This document shows positions 20,220 through 29,505 of a DNA stretch of 64,000 bases, piece by piece (position 1 is the first letter of the stretch; the number at the start of each line of letters is the position of its first letter). The translations under genes were made by a program, and so were the position numbers. The DNA comes from a virus. The DNA is taken from positions 6,025 through 70,024 of the IMG/VR virus record IMGVR_UViG_3300003323_000465. The stretch is one strand, 5' to 3'. Below the pieces are notes generated by a model. The model had not been told where the DNA came from. It worked only from the letters and a program-made list of their open reading frames with translations, and made no database searches.

Positions 20220-20540
20220 TTCATTAACAAACTGAAGAGGGATACAGGAAGTATAACAAGCAGCATCTATTACCTCTTTCTTACTGTTATCAATAAACAC
20301 ATCAAACCCCATACTATCTAACCATGTGTATTTAGGTTTATCGTGAGTGTAGATAACGTTTTGGAGAGGGATGTGGGAGTCCTTAACTACTTTCTGAAAG
20401 AAAGGCTCTTCTGTTCCTTGTTTGCTTCTAGCTGTTACTACCCATACTTCATTGCCCGCTTTAATTAACATACGGGCAAAGGCTTGCATGCGGGGATCGC
20501 TGAGGCAATGATCAAAATCTAGCGCACATCTAAGGCTCAT
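20214..20540 (-). CDS. HAD-superfamily phosphatase
   Basis: LDFDHCL motif I, VVTAR motif II, a Lys and FIDN motif IV. Confidence 0.75.
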   Translation of the reverse strand: MSLRCALDFDHCLSDPRMQAFARMLIKAGNEVWVVTARSKQGTEEPFFQKVVKDSHIPLQNVIYTHDKPKYTWLDSMGFDVFIDNSKKEVIDAACYTSCIPLQFVNEL

Positions 20541-20818
20541 GGTCTTTCGTATTTATCCCTTAATTCTGCTAATCTCTCAATGGAGTTTTCATAATCCTCT
20601 TCTCCATATCCTTGCTTCCTAGCCTCATCCGTTAAGAATTGTTCTCTCGCAAACACCTCTATCTCTCCATCTGAAACTTTTCCTATCATCTCAAACATCC
20701 CATCATAAAATACCTCATCTCCATATCCATATGTTTCAGCACAATTTATTAAATCAAGGATATTGTGTAGATCAGTTACTACAGCCCTATTTTGATCTTT
20801 ACCTATTTCTTCTATCAT
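20537..20818 (-). CDS. Hypothetical acidic protein
   Basis: 93-aa ORF overlapping the next gene by 4 nt. Confidence 0.6.
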   Translation of the reverse strand: MIEEIGKDQNRAVVTDLHNILDLINCAETYGYGDEVFYDGMFEMIGKVSDGEIEVFAREQFLTDEARKQGYGEEDYENSIERLAELRDKYERP

Positions 20819-20829
20819 AGTTTTATGTT

Positions 20830-21837
20830 TTAAAGTATTTTACCTTCAAAAATTCTTTTATTTTCAACCCTGAATGTTCCATCCGCCTCAAATGAAACTA
20901 CTGCAAATCCATGATTATAGCCATTTATATGTGGAGTATAATCAGGATGTAAATCAGAAAGGCATCCAGTCGTCCAACAAGTAATAATACCTCCATTCAT
21001 TTTCATAGCAGTATATTCAGAAGTCTTATGAACATGGCCAGCCAAAATAGATTCATTAGTTTTCAGGAAAGCATTTCTTGCAGGGGATACAGCAGTACCG
21101 AATCCTCTAAATATAGTATCTCCATGAACACAAGACAACCCTCCCATCATAACTTTTTGCTTATCTGTAAGCACTTTAATACCTAATTCATCACATCCAA
21201 AAATATAGGAGAATTCAAACTCAGGGATACCTAATAATTCAGGAGCTTTAGCCATAAGATAGCGCTCCCATCGCCTATCATGATTACCCACACTTAAATA
21301 AATAGGAATACTTTCAAATTCACTTCTTAACCATCTAAGCACTTCTTTAGTAGAATCTATTTCATATTTAAGATCACGTTTCCGAGGGTCGGTTTGAAAA
21401 TAACTACAGGCATAAAAATCCACAAGATCTCCATTAATATGAACCGCTTTCACTCCTACGCTTTTGCCATAATCTACTGCCAATTCAATTGCTCTTTTGT
21501 CGTGATATGGCACATGTAAATCAGATAAAATAAGAACTTTATTATGCCCCAATGGGATATGAAAGGGCTTTATTTCTTCTGAAAGTCCTTCGGGGAGAGA
21601 GTATGGATTAGTAGGGCGATCACTTATTTCGTGTCTGTTTTCATCCATTTTCAATTTCATCCTTTGTCCATTCTTTCCTCTAACTGTTCTCACCATAGAC
21701 CTAGTTGATTCTTCACTAGTAAAAAACTTCTTGTTTTGATTAAAGATAAGCCGGGCCAGTTTAGCTTGTGGCATATCAGGATATTTATCCGAATATTCAC
21801 GTACAATGTCTGTTCTACTTGTCTTTTTCTGTGCCAT
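20830..21837 (-). CDS. Calcineurin-like metallophosphoesterase with N-terminal extension
   Basis: SDLH, GDLVD, GNHD, HG and GHVH motifs. Confidence 0.88.
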   Translation of the reverse strand: MAQKKTSRTDIVREYSDKYPDMPQAKLARLIFNQNKKFFTSEESTRSMVRTVRGKNGQRMKLKMDENRHEISDRPTNPYSLPEGLSEEIKPFHIPLGHNKVLILSDLHVPYHDKRAIELAVDYGKSVGVKAVHINGDLVDFYACSYFQTDPRKRDLKYEIDSTKEVLRWLRSEFESIPIYLSVGNHDRRWERYLMAKAPELLGIPEFEFSYIFGCDELGIKVLTDKQKVMMGGLSCVHGDTIFRGFGTAVSPARNAFLKTNESILAGHVHKTSEYTAMKMNGGIITCWTTGCLSDLHPDYTPHINGYNHGFAVVSFEADGTFRVENKRIFEGKIL

Positions 21838-21897
21838 AAAATTTGTTTAGGTAAAGGGATAAATTCGGCTTCTCCGAATCGATTATAACAAAGGTAA

Positions 21898-22563
21898 TTA
21901 GAATCTTATTAATACTCTTTGAATAGTTACACCCACAAATGGCCTTACTTTTAAATCACTACTAACCCCATATCCTACTCCCACTCCAACACTCCACTTC
22001 TTAGGTGCTGGATAAGCTACCTTATAAGAGATAAGTTCCTCTACAGTGGTATGAGGGTTCATGTTTTTCACACTAACTATTTCTCCGTCCTTAACCTTGT
22101 CATGGGATAAAACGTATTCATTAGTTACTTGCGTGAAGATTGAGAAGGAATCTGGAGAAGCAGTGGCCGAGTATTTCAGCCACTTATCTTCCCCTTTGGT
22201 TTTATAGATATGGGATATTGTATCAACATAATATGGAACTTGTACAACACTATCCCTAGTCACCATCTTCACATAAGAAGCATCCGTACTTCCTTTCTTA
22301 TTCATTAATCTCGTTATCTCTTCATCCTTACCAGCCAAAAGACCCTTGTTAGAGTTTAATATGGCAGTAAGGGATTTTTTATCTGAGATAAGAGTGAGAA
22401 TATGGGCTTCTTGTCTATTTAAAGAATCCCTTGTAATATGCAAAGTATCCTGCAAGGCTTTGGCTAGATTACTGGATATTTCTTTAGGTGTGAATATTCC
22501 AGTGAATTGAATTACTATTATTAGTACGAGGGCTGCAATTAACAGCCATGTTTTTGTAGTCAT
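21898..22563 (-). CDS. Membrane-anchored protein, possible spanin-like lysis protein
   Basis: N-terminal TM, coiled coil and a C-terminal beta hairpin WSVGVGVGYG…PFVGV ending in F. Confidence 0.55.
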   Translation of the reverse strand: MTTKTWLLIAALVLIIVIQFTGIFTPKEISSNLAKALQDTLHITRDSLNRQEAHILTLISDKKSLTAILNSNKGLLAGKDEEITRLMNKKGSTDASYVKMVTRDSVVQVPYYVDTISHIYKTKGEDKWLKYSATASPDSFSIFTQVTNEYVLSHDKVKDGEIVSVKNMNPHTTVEELISYKVAYPAPKKWSVGVGVGYGVSSDLKVRPFVGVTIQRVLIRF

Positions 22564-22573
22564 GGTTTTTGTT

Positions 22574-22867
22574 TTATATTTTAGACAATCCTTTTATCTC
22601 CCTTATCAATTTACAACTAACCTTCACATCTAAATACAAATACTTTTTAGGATCACGATTTCCAGTCCATTTATCAAATAATGTTTTATTATCATTTCTA
22701 GTTATCCCTCTAGTTCTCAAAGCCCGGGATATATAAAGTGGATCTTTATTCTTATTCTTTTCATCTCCTAATATAAACTCATCACTTATCAGCTCTTCAT
22801 TAATCCATTTCTTGTTATTTTCTTGTGCGCGGAGGGAGAAGGTGAAGATGCCGAGGTAGATGCTCAT
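22574..22867 (-). CDS. Hypothetical protein
   Basis: Likely start MSIYLG overlaps the upstream stop. Confidence 0.55.
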   Translation of the reverse strand: MSIYLGIFTFSLRAQENNKKWINEELISDEFILGDEKNKNKDPLYISRALRTRGITRNDNKTLFDKWTGNRDPKKYLYLDVKVSCKLIREIKGLSKI

Positions 22868-23328
22868 TTGCCTACAATTTGAGTATCCCAATAAGTTACA
22901 GCTACAGCCAACGCAGCCCACATATCCCCCGATATACCAAAAGTATGACCCGGCTTTTTTTTAGTCCCAGGAGCGCCGAAACGATCTATCAGGGCTTGAC
23001 GAATATTAGCATCTTTAGCTTTAGTTTGCCCACAAATGTGCATTTTGATATCTTTTCGGTAAATAAGATCGGGTGATATATATGTATGTAATGATGCTTC
23101 TATGAATCTTCCTATCCATACACATGTTTCAAACACCTCTTTTCCAACAGCCATCCCATAACTTGCAATCATTTCAATAACTACTCTATCATATGTATCA
23201 AATTCTACAAATTTCATATTTGATCTTAAATCATGGTTATCAATCTTGCCATAATTAAGTATCCCATGTTCTCCAAATAACACATATGCACTCTGGATTG
23301 GCCCTGGATCAATAGCTAAAATAGTCAT
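22864..23328 (-). CDS. RuvC-like Holliday junction resolvase
   Basis: ILAIDPG, VVIE and D.WAALAVA motifs. Confidence 0.8.
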   Translation of the reverse strand: MTILAIDPGPIQSAYVLFGEHGILNYGKIDNHDLRSNMKFVEFDTYDRVVIEMIASYGMAVGKEVFETCVWIGRFIEASLHTYISPDLIYRKDIKMHICGQTKAKDANIRQALIDRFGAPGTKKKPGHTFGISGDMWAALAVAVTYWDTQIVGK

Positions 23329-23693
23329 GATTTATTATGATTTAATAGGGATGTCAAAATAGTTATTTGGTGATGTGATTCCTGAATAAGCCCATTGATT
23401 AAATTATACCAGAATAAATAATCTATAACCTCTCCATCCATCTCTTTCTGTGCATGCGCTGCTAATGGTTTTTCTCTAAACCTCACCGCCTGTTCTCCAT
23501 AAGCTGATATTAAAAGGTAATTAACCTTTTCTCTCAGGAAAGTAGCTCCTTGAAGGCCATTGTGTATGAGAGATAATTGATGTGTGATAGTGGAAATATC
23601 ATCGTATGACACAGGGTTGCATACAAGTAATCTATACTTCTCTATATCATCTTTAATAGAATTAAGCCGTTCTCTTCTTTCTTTCTCGTTCAT
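23325..23693 (-). CDS. Hypothetical helical protein
   Basis: 122-aa ORF with a 4-nt overlap. Confidence 0.6.
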   Translation of the reverse strand: MNEKERRERLNSIKDDIEKYRLLVCNPVSYDDISTITHQLSLIHNGLQGATFLREKVNYLLISAYGEQAVRFREKPLAAHAQKEMDGEVIDYLFWYNLINGLIQESHHQITILTSLLNHNKS

Positions 23694-23756
23694 GTATCAC
23701 AAATTTAATGATTAATAATGGAATACAAATACATAGTACAATAATTGCCGGAAAAA

Positions 23757-24263
23757 TTAAACTGATTCCATCCATGCCTTAGGGATATTAAGTTTAGAAA
23801 CATAAACATAATCGTAATTGCTATCCATAGTCATATCTACTGTAATCATTCCATCCTTAATCATCTTTTTAACCAAAACATTTATCATATGCTTTCTTCT
23901 GGCCACTCCATCATATCCTCTATTTTTCTTTTTATTAGAGAAGGTTTCAGATACAGTAAACACGCATTCGTTTTTCTTACGTTCACCTACAATTTCATTG
24001 ATCTTTTCTCTATACTTATCATCAATCCGATAGGTCACAATATGCTCATTTATTAGCCGATGGACAGTTCTTCTATCTCTATTTATAAAGGGAGCTACTT
24101 CCATATTGGATATCCCTAACTTATTTGTTAAAAGATATACATAGGCCATTCGAGCAGCAGTAATGACATATGCCCTTCCCTTTTTATTACTTATCTGCTC
24201 AGGAGTCACCCCAAAGGATTCACATACAGCTTTAAGTATTGCATTTCCTGATCTAAGCTCCAT
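23757..24263 (-). CDS. DnaA C-terminal-like HTH protein
   Basis: VCESFGVTPEQI…R…ARMAYVYL…S..EVA..INRDR.TV matches the DnaA domain IV pattern. Confidence 0.7.
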   Translation of the reverse strand: MELRSGNAILKAVCESFGVTPEQISNKKGRAYVITAARMAYVYLLTNKLGISNMEVAPFINRDRRTVHRLINEHIVTYRIDDKYREKINEIVGERKKNECVFTVSETFSNKKKNRGYDGVARRKHMINVLVKKMIKDGMITVDMTMDSNYDYVYVSKLNIPKAWMESV

Positions 24264-24744
24264 AATCCATTAATTTGACAGTGTGAGTATAATGCCCATT
24301 ATTATCTGTATATCCTTCTACTTTAACAATGCCTTCATCAAGTAACATCTTCATAAAATCTTTAAGCATCAATTCTTCTTTTTTATTATTACTATACCCT
24401 GAATACTCCCTAAAACGTCTGGAATGCTCTTTTATTACTTTCCCCTGCGGTTCTTCTTTCCCATAATTACTCATAAACTGAATATATCTTGAATTATACT
24501 TGATATATTCTTCATGCTTTTTTAACCGGTAAAAAGAACTACAACGTCCCCATTTCATTATTTCAGATATTTCACGAGGGGTATAATTGCCTATCTTGAA
24601 AAGATTATACGTTATTGCTGTCCTTAAAAATACCATGTTTTCTGTAGAACTATTATTGCTAAGGCATTTTGGTGTTGTATTAAAAGCCTTACATGTTTTC
24701 TCTACTATTTCTTCTGCCAACGTTTTTATTTCCTCTCGTGCCAT
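24253..24744 (-). CDS. DnaA C-terminal-like HTH protein (paralog)
   Basis: IVEKTCKAFNTTP…R..ITY.L…TP.EIS, with the same two-part architecture as its neighbour. Confidence 0.55.
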   Translation of the reverse strand: MAREEIKTLAEEIVEKTCKAFNTTPKCLSNNSSTENMVFLRTAITYNLFKIGNYTPREISEIMKWGRCSSFYRLKKHEEYIKYNSRYIQFMSNYGKEEPQGKVIKEHSRRFREYSGYSNNKKEELMLKDFMKMLLDEGIVKVEGYTDNNGHYTHTVKLMDYGA

Positions 24745-26561
24745 AATGGATCTTCATTTGTTTCTGTCATGAGTAATCTGTGTTTATCAAAGGCGGCTAT
24801 GATATTTATTGTATTGCCGCTCCCTCGTTTATTAAAAAGCCGGATGTAAGACCTATCCGAAAGGTATTCTGTATTATAAGAAGTGGACCTGTCTATATCT
24901 TCACACATGCTGAGATACACCATAAAATCCAAATTATCTGCTATCTTCTGGCTACCTCTTATATCCCCATATAAATCCCTCTTTGTCTTATCTGCGGTCT
25001 TTACTACGTGAATGATCAGTAGGATAAAAAGGTCAAACTCATTGGCTAATTCCTTTAGATCTGCTGTATTCTTATTGGATGCTTCCACTTCGCCCTTATT
25101 GCCTTCTGCCATGAGGGATAACCCATCAACCAGTAAAATATCTATCTTTCCTGCCTTGTTGGAGTTTTCGATAATAGCGTTCCGATAATCATCAGTACTT
25201 AACCTGCTATTCTGGCTTATGAAAAGGCTGTTGCCGAGTCGTTTAGCTATATCCTTGTGCATTGCTACACGGGCTGTTTCTATATCCTTTTCGTAATAGT
25301 CTTTGATCACATCAGAGGCGTTATAGCCCGGAATATCCACTATCTGGTCTATCTCCCTTTCCAACCACTGATACCAGCTCATTTCTGCAGTATTCACCAT
25401 CCCTATAGCCCCATGTTCTGAGATGTTGTGGTTTAGGATCTGTTGGGCTAGTAGTGACTTCTTGGTTCCTCCTAGTCCTATTATTCCCCCTACCTTCCCC
25501 CTTAATTTGCCCTTAAATTCTTTGTCGATAGAAGGTATCCCAAAGTACAATTTAGAGCGTTTATCCAGCACCATAGCCTCATATCCCGGTACTAATTCTG
25601 CTACTGTTTTCCATGCCTTTTCTTGTATTGGTTTGATCTTCCCACTTCGTTCTATCCTTCTCTCTGCGTTCTTGACTATCTGCTTTAGCTCTTCATCGTC
25701 TAATGGATTAGGGCTACATTGATTTATAGACCGGATAATCTGTAGAACAGAATTTTTATGGAGTTGGCCATTTGTAAGGTCAAAAAGCATTGCACTCTGT
25801 CTAAAGAACTGAGAATTGCGCTCACCTTCTTGTGGAGGGCAAAAGAAATCCCCATCACTAAATAATTCCCCCCTATGCACATCTGTAGGCTTCGGCTTAT
25901 TAATGATGTTAGCCCAATGAATAGACAGGAGGTTATTACGAGTAATATTATATATAGGCTTAGGCCGCAAGAAATCAGTTCTTGGATTAAGAGCGAGTTC
26001 TTTAATTTCATAGATCGTGAGATTTTGAAGTTCATCAAAAGATAATTCTACTTTATAAAGACCAGATTTATCATTTTTAGAATTAGGAACACGAAAAATC
26101 CTTACTGCATCATAAATCTTCATGTCCAAATTATCCACATGTTCTGCTATCTCATATGCTAATTCCTTCATTTGCCAATATAGATCAGGGCTACCGGTAA
26201 AACCACCAAAGCACTTAGCGTCTATCATTAAATGGAATCCCTTGTTGCCACTGAAATAATAGGTAATATCATCAGGGCTAAGAGAGAATTCAGTATTAAG
26301 ATAAGCTACTGCCTTTACTGCATTCTGCCTTGCTAATTCAAGATCCCCACAGTCTATATCTAAGGGAAATGCGTCTGCATATAAATCCCCTGGATAAAGA
26401 GCTATAGAGCCTCCATTAACCCGGATATATTCCATCACATTAGCATCGAAAGAAAAGAGAGAAGCATAACGTTCGTAATTGCAAGGAGCTGGATCGATAT
26501 TCCCTACAGGGATAATTACATTCCTATTCTGTAGACTATGCTCTACTATTTCTTTATACAT
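24726..26561 (-). CDS. AEP primase/PriCT fused to a DnaB/RecA-type helicase
   Basis: LDID, YFSGNKGFH, R..R.PNS.N.KSG, GERN, Walker A-like GLGGTKKS, LLVDGL, LIIH and RGS motifs. Confidence 0.85.
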   Translation of the reverse strand: MYKEIVEHSLQNRNVIIPVGNIDPAPCNYERYASLFSFDANVMEYIRVNGGSIALYPGDLYADAFPLDIDCGDLELARQNAVKAVAYLNTEFSLSPDDITYYFSGNKGFHLMIDAKCFGGFTGSPDLYWQMKELAYEIAEHVDNLDMKIYDAVRIFRVPNSKNDKSGLYKVELSFDELQNLTIYEIKELALNPRTDFLRPKPIYNITRNNLLSIHWANIINKPKPTDVHRGELFSDGDFFCPPQEGERNSQFFRQSAMLFDLTNGQLHKNSVLQIIRSINQCSPNPLDDEELKQIVKNAERRIERSGKIKPIQEKAWKTVAELVPGYEAMVLDKRSKLYFGIPSIDKEFKGKLRGKVGGIIGLGGTKKSLLAQQILNHNISEHGAIGMVNTAEMSWYQWLEREIDQIVDIPGYNASDVIKDYYEKDIETARVAMHKDIAKRLGNSLFISQNSRLSTDDYRNAIIENSNKAGKIDILLVDGLSLMAEGNKGEVEASNKNTADLKELANEFDLFILLIIHVVKTADKTKRDLYGDIRGSQKIADNLDFMVYLSMCEDIDRSTSYNTEYLSDRSYIRLFNKRGSGNTINIIAAFDKHRLLMTETNEDPLWHERK

Positions 26562-26690
26562 TCAGGTATATGGATTAAAATAAAAAGAAATGGCTAAAAT
26601 TTATGAGAAGTTACGATTGTGGTGTACTTCTAGGTATGGACATTATTCATATTCATGGTATTAAGGACTGTAGGAAAGGGAATGTTTTAA

Positions 26691-26800
26691 AAATAAAGCC
26701 TGTACAACCAGTCTGAGAGGGTTGCTACTTCCCTTCTCCACTTTTCAGTGTTGTTGTGCGTAGTTGATTCTGATGTAGCGATCAGATACAGACTTTATTT
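26691..26800 (-). ncRNA. Candidate structured RNA with kissing loop
   Basis: 14-bp closing stem, three hairpins (one with a GAAA loop) and loop-loop complementarity GCUAC/GUAGC. G-U pairs favour the minus strand. Confidence 0.6.
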
Positions 26801-26810
26801 AGTTATTTAA

Positions 26811-26892
26811 ATACCCAGGCTCTACACATAAATTACGTGACTTGGGATTTGAACCCACAAAAGCCTTACCACACCTTACAAGGGACGGGTAT
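26811..26892 (-). ncRNA. Candidate T-loop-containing (tRNA-like) RNA module
   Basis: UGGG-UUCAAAU-CCCA T-arm nested in stems AUACCCG/UGGGUAU and GGCUUU/AGAGCC. Confidence 0.5.
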
Positions 26893-26899
26893 TAATTAT

Positions 26900-27157
26900 T
26901 TAAAATGGAAGATCTCCGGGTGAGGATTTATACTGTTCATTACTTCTCCGCTGATTACCATTATTACCAGCTGGCTCTAACTTCCCACTATTCCAAATAT
27001 CCTTACCATTCTTATTCTTCCAGCAGCCAAATTTATACTTGCCGGGAGCAAGAGGTTCTGTAATTTCCAGATAGCCATTAAGTACTGGCTGTTTGTTTTC
27101 TGGTGTTGCTTTTTCGTTTTTAAAAAGTGTTACTGGTGTTGCTTTAAAATCAGCCAT
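26900..27157 (-). CDS. Putative single-stranded DNA-binding protein
   Basis: LFKN…P.LNG…W…SG core and C-terminal DLPF tail, upstream of the primase-helicase. Confidence 0.7.
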   Translation of the reverse strand: MADFKATPVTLFKNEKATPENKQPVLNGYLEITEPLAPGKYKFGCWKNKNGKDIWNSGKLEPAGNNGNQRRSNEQYKSSPGDLPF

Positions 27158-27181
27158 TGTTGTTTTATTTAAGTTAAAAAT

Positions 27182-27703
27182 TTAGATATTTTGTAATGTT
27201 TTATGTTCACGAAATTTAGCTTTGTATTGAGGATCAGGAGCCATATTATCCAATTCCATCATCACATCTACCACCGCAGCAAGCCCCTTATATTGATCTT
27301 CTAATATCTCCACCTTTGTGTAATATAAATATTGATCAATGTGGATATCTGTGTTAATTTCAAAGGCATATTCAATTTTAGCCATTTCTTGTTCAGAGTA
27401 ACCAGTGAGTCTTAATAGCCTGCTAGCAAGATAATCATGATCTAATATTTCTCCAGCCTTCTCACTATGGGGAAATCTTGAAATTTGATTATGTAATCTA
27501 TCTGTAAAGAATAAGTAGCTCCACCACTCAACATCTCTATCACACATAGGATTATAAAAATCATCTAATTCCAAATTAGCCCCTTCCGCATCCGCTACAA
27601 TATTTCCCACTGCACAACATTTACAATCTCCTTTAGCTAATGTTCCCTCAAAATATGCCTTTACTAAGGCGTTATAGGCACGATTAAATCTTTCTGAGTT
27701 CAT
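27182..27703 (-). CDS. Hypothetical protein, C-x-x-G class (CKCCAVGN)
   Basis: 173-aa ORF carrying the motif. Confidence 0.65.
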   Translation of the reverse strand: MNSERFNRAYNALVKAYFEGTLAKGDCKCCAVGNIVADAEGANLELDDFYNPMCDRDVEWWSYLFFTDRLHNQISRFPHSEKAGEILDHDYLASRLLRLTGYSEQEMAKIEYAFEINTDIHIDQYLYYTKVEILEDQYKGLAAVVDVMMELDNMAPDPQYKAKFREHKTLQNI

Positions 27704-28083
27704 GCTTCTTGTAGTTTTAAAGTAGGGTGATTAATAAGTAAAGGTTTTATTTCGTCAATGTTTATTTGATCGATTATTGAATCAGGAATGTTGAGTGTGA
27801 AGGAGTATTCTGGAAGGCCAGGGCGAAAGATAACAGGAGTAGAATCAAATTTACGGATATAATCTATAGTTTTTCTATCCAAAATGATACAATTTTCTTG
27901 TTGATGAGGAAGGTGTAGATATGGATAAAAAGCACATGCAGTAACGATTGCTTTGGGAAATATATCCCTAACTGCCAAAGCTACTGCACAGTTAGTTGAT
28001 ACATTTTCCATTTCTCCAAATCCGCAATTCTTACTTCTCTCCAAAATCTCTTTAGTTACTGTTATTGTCAGTTGATAACTCAT
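27700..28083 (-). CDS. Hypothetical protein (NCAVALA motif)
   Basis: 127 aa, loosely similar to 33008-33307. Confidence 0.65.
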   Translation of the reverse strand: MSYQLTITVTKEILERSKNCGFGEMENVSTNCAVALAVRDIFPKAIVTACAFYPYLHLPHQQENCIILDRKTIDYIRKFDSTPVIFRPGLPEYSFTLNIPDSIIDQINIDEIKPLLINHPTLKLQEA

Positions 28084-28312
28084 TGTTTAGTATTTTTATA
28101 GTTACAGGAATCTCGTTTTCTTCAAGTATCTCCAATACCAACCCCATACTTACCCCCTTTGCCCTATTGGGATACTTATTGTAATAATTGATTGAGGTAG
28201 AATGATACATATCCTTTCTATCCTCTAATACCTTTTCAAACACCTCAGCAACCTCCGGGTATTTCTCTCGTAGCTTTTCTGCGTTAAATGATGTATCTCT
28301 TCTAAACGTCAT
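28052..28312 (-). CDS. Hypothetical protein
   Basis: 86-aa ORF in the early operon. Confidence 0.55.
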   Translation of the reverse strand: MTFRRDTSFNAEKLREKYPEVAEVFEKVLEDRKDMYHSTSINYYNKYPNRAKGVSMGLVLEILEENEIPVTIKILNNELSTDNNSN

Positions 28313-28317
28313 AATAA

Positions 28318-28566
28318 TTAAATTTCTTTACAGCCCTTATACGCTATATAATCATATAATTTAGGGGCATAGTGTGAATATCCCTTAGTTACTACATAAT
28401 CTATTTGCTTCCCCCTTCCATCTTCCGAAATCCAACTCCACGTATCTCCATTTAGTAGAGGAGTAGTTAATACAGTAACCTTAAGGCATAAATTATATTC
28501 AAACTCATAATGTACATCCCCTGCCTTTATATTTTCTATGATTATATTACCTCTTGTGTGTGTCAT
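28318..28566 (-). CDS. Hypothetical protein
   Basis: 82-aa ORF. Confidence 0.6.
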   Translation of the reverse strand: MTHTRGNIIIENIKAGDVHYEFEYNLCLKVTVLTTPLLNGDTWSWISEDGRGKQIDYVVTKGYSHYAPKLYDYIAYKGCKEI

Positions 28567-28655
28567 AATTATTGATATTAAAACTTATAAATAACCCCGT
28601 AATAAGACTAAAACAGGGATAATAAAATGGATCTATCTGTTATGAACTGTGTGTT

Positions 28656-28907
28656 TTAAATGTATTCTGGATAATTTTGGGCAAACCATTCATCAAACCA
28701 TTTGTCATCATAATAAACTAACTTAACTCCTTCGTCCCACGCTTCTTTTGCAAGAGCTTTTATTTTAAGTTTAAAATGTTGATTAGACCACATAGCTGCA
28801 TCTAGGAACCCAGCCATAAAATATTGAGAACGTAAATCTTCCACGCTTCCATATCTTCTAATACATTCCCGTTCTGCTTCTTCATATCTCTCTTCAGGTG
28901 TTGTCAT
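28656..28907 (-). CDS. Hypothetical protein
   Basis: 83-aa ORF directly after a promoter. Confidence 0.6.
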   Translation of the reverse strand: MTTPEERYEEAERECIRRYGSVEDLRSQYFMAGFLDAAMWSNQHFKLKIKALAKEAWDEGVKLVYYDDKWFDEWFAQNYPEYI

Positions 28908-28911
28908 GGTA

Positions 28912-28943
28912 TAAAGTTAAGAGTTATTTTCTAATTAGCAAAA
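28912..28943 (-). promoter_or_regulatory. Early-class promoter with palindromic -33 element
   Basis: Minus strand reads TTTTGCTAATTAGAAAA…TAACTTTA. Confidence 0.7.
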
Positions 28944-28944
28944 T

Positions 28945-29196
28945 TTATTTCTCTTTTTTTATAATATTTAAATATCTTCCTCCACATTCCTTCCACGAAT
29001 AACAAGCGCTCAATATACATTCATCACAGCCAGCATTTTCAGTCCATCCACATTTGAAGCAGTGTTGTAGTGATATGGGTCGCTTTGAAAAATCATCTAT
29101 ATAATCTACCTTCCATTTATCTGCACATACAGGACAGATAAACATATCTCTATTTGGGTCTATTGGCTCTTCAAACAGGTCTAATAATTCCTCCAT
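28945..29196 (-). CDS. Zn-ribbon protein
   Basis: CPVC, CFKC, CDEC and additional Cys residues. Confidence 0.6.
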   Translation of the reverse strand: MEELLDLFEEPIDPNRDMFICPVCADKWKVDYIDDFSKRPISLQHCFKCGWTENAGCDECILSACYSWKECGGRYLNIIKKEK

Positions 29197-29500
29197 TTTT
29201 AAATATTTTAATTAAAGAAAAATCTGAATCAAATATTGCATATTGGGCTGTGAGATGTTTGTTTAATTCATTCATTTTATGATTACATCCTCGACATGCT
29301 AAGACTGTATAATCAAAATTATTTTCCTGAGCATAGCGTCTTATATCTGTTTTCGGATATAAATGCTCAATACTTGCATGGTATTCTTCATTATCTTCTT
29401 CAGGTGTTCTTATTATAGTCTTTATTCCACAATAGGAACATATCCCATTAGCCTGTTTATATAATCTTAATAAGACTCTTTTCCTGTGACCACGTGCCAT
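29171..29500 (-). CDS. HNH endonuclease
   Basis: CSYCG…ASIEHL.P…VLACRGCN. Confidence 0.8.
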   Translation of the reverse strand: MARGHRKRVLLRLYKQANGICSYCGIKTIIRTPEEDNEEYHASIEHLYPKTDIRRYAQENNFDYTVLACRGCNHKMNELNKHLTAQYAIFDSDFSLIKIFKNGGIIRPV

Positions 29501-29505
29501 GATTA

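Noticed and set aside
26691-26800. Hammerhead ribozyme or cobalamin riboswitch
   Set aside because: The CUGAU is base-paired and not followed by GA, and the conserved cores of both families are missing.
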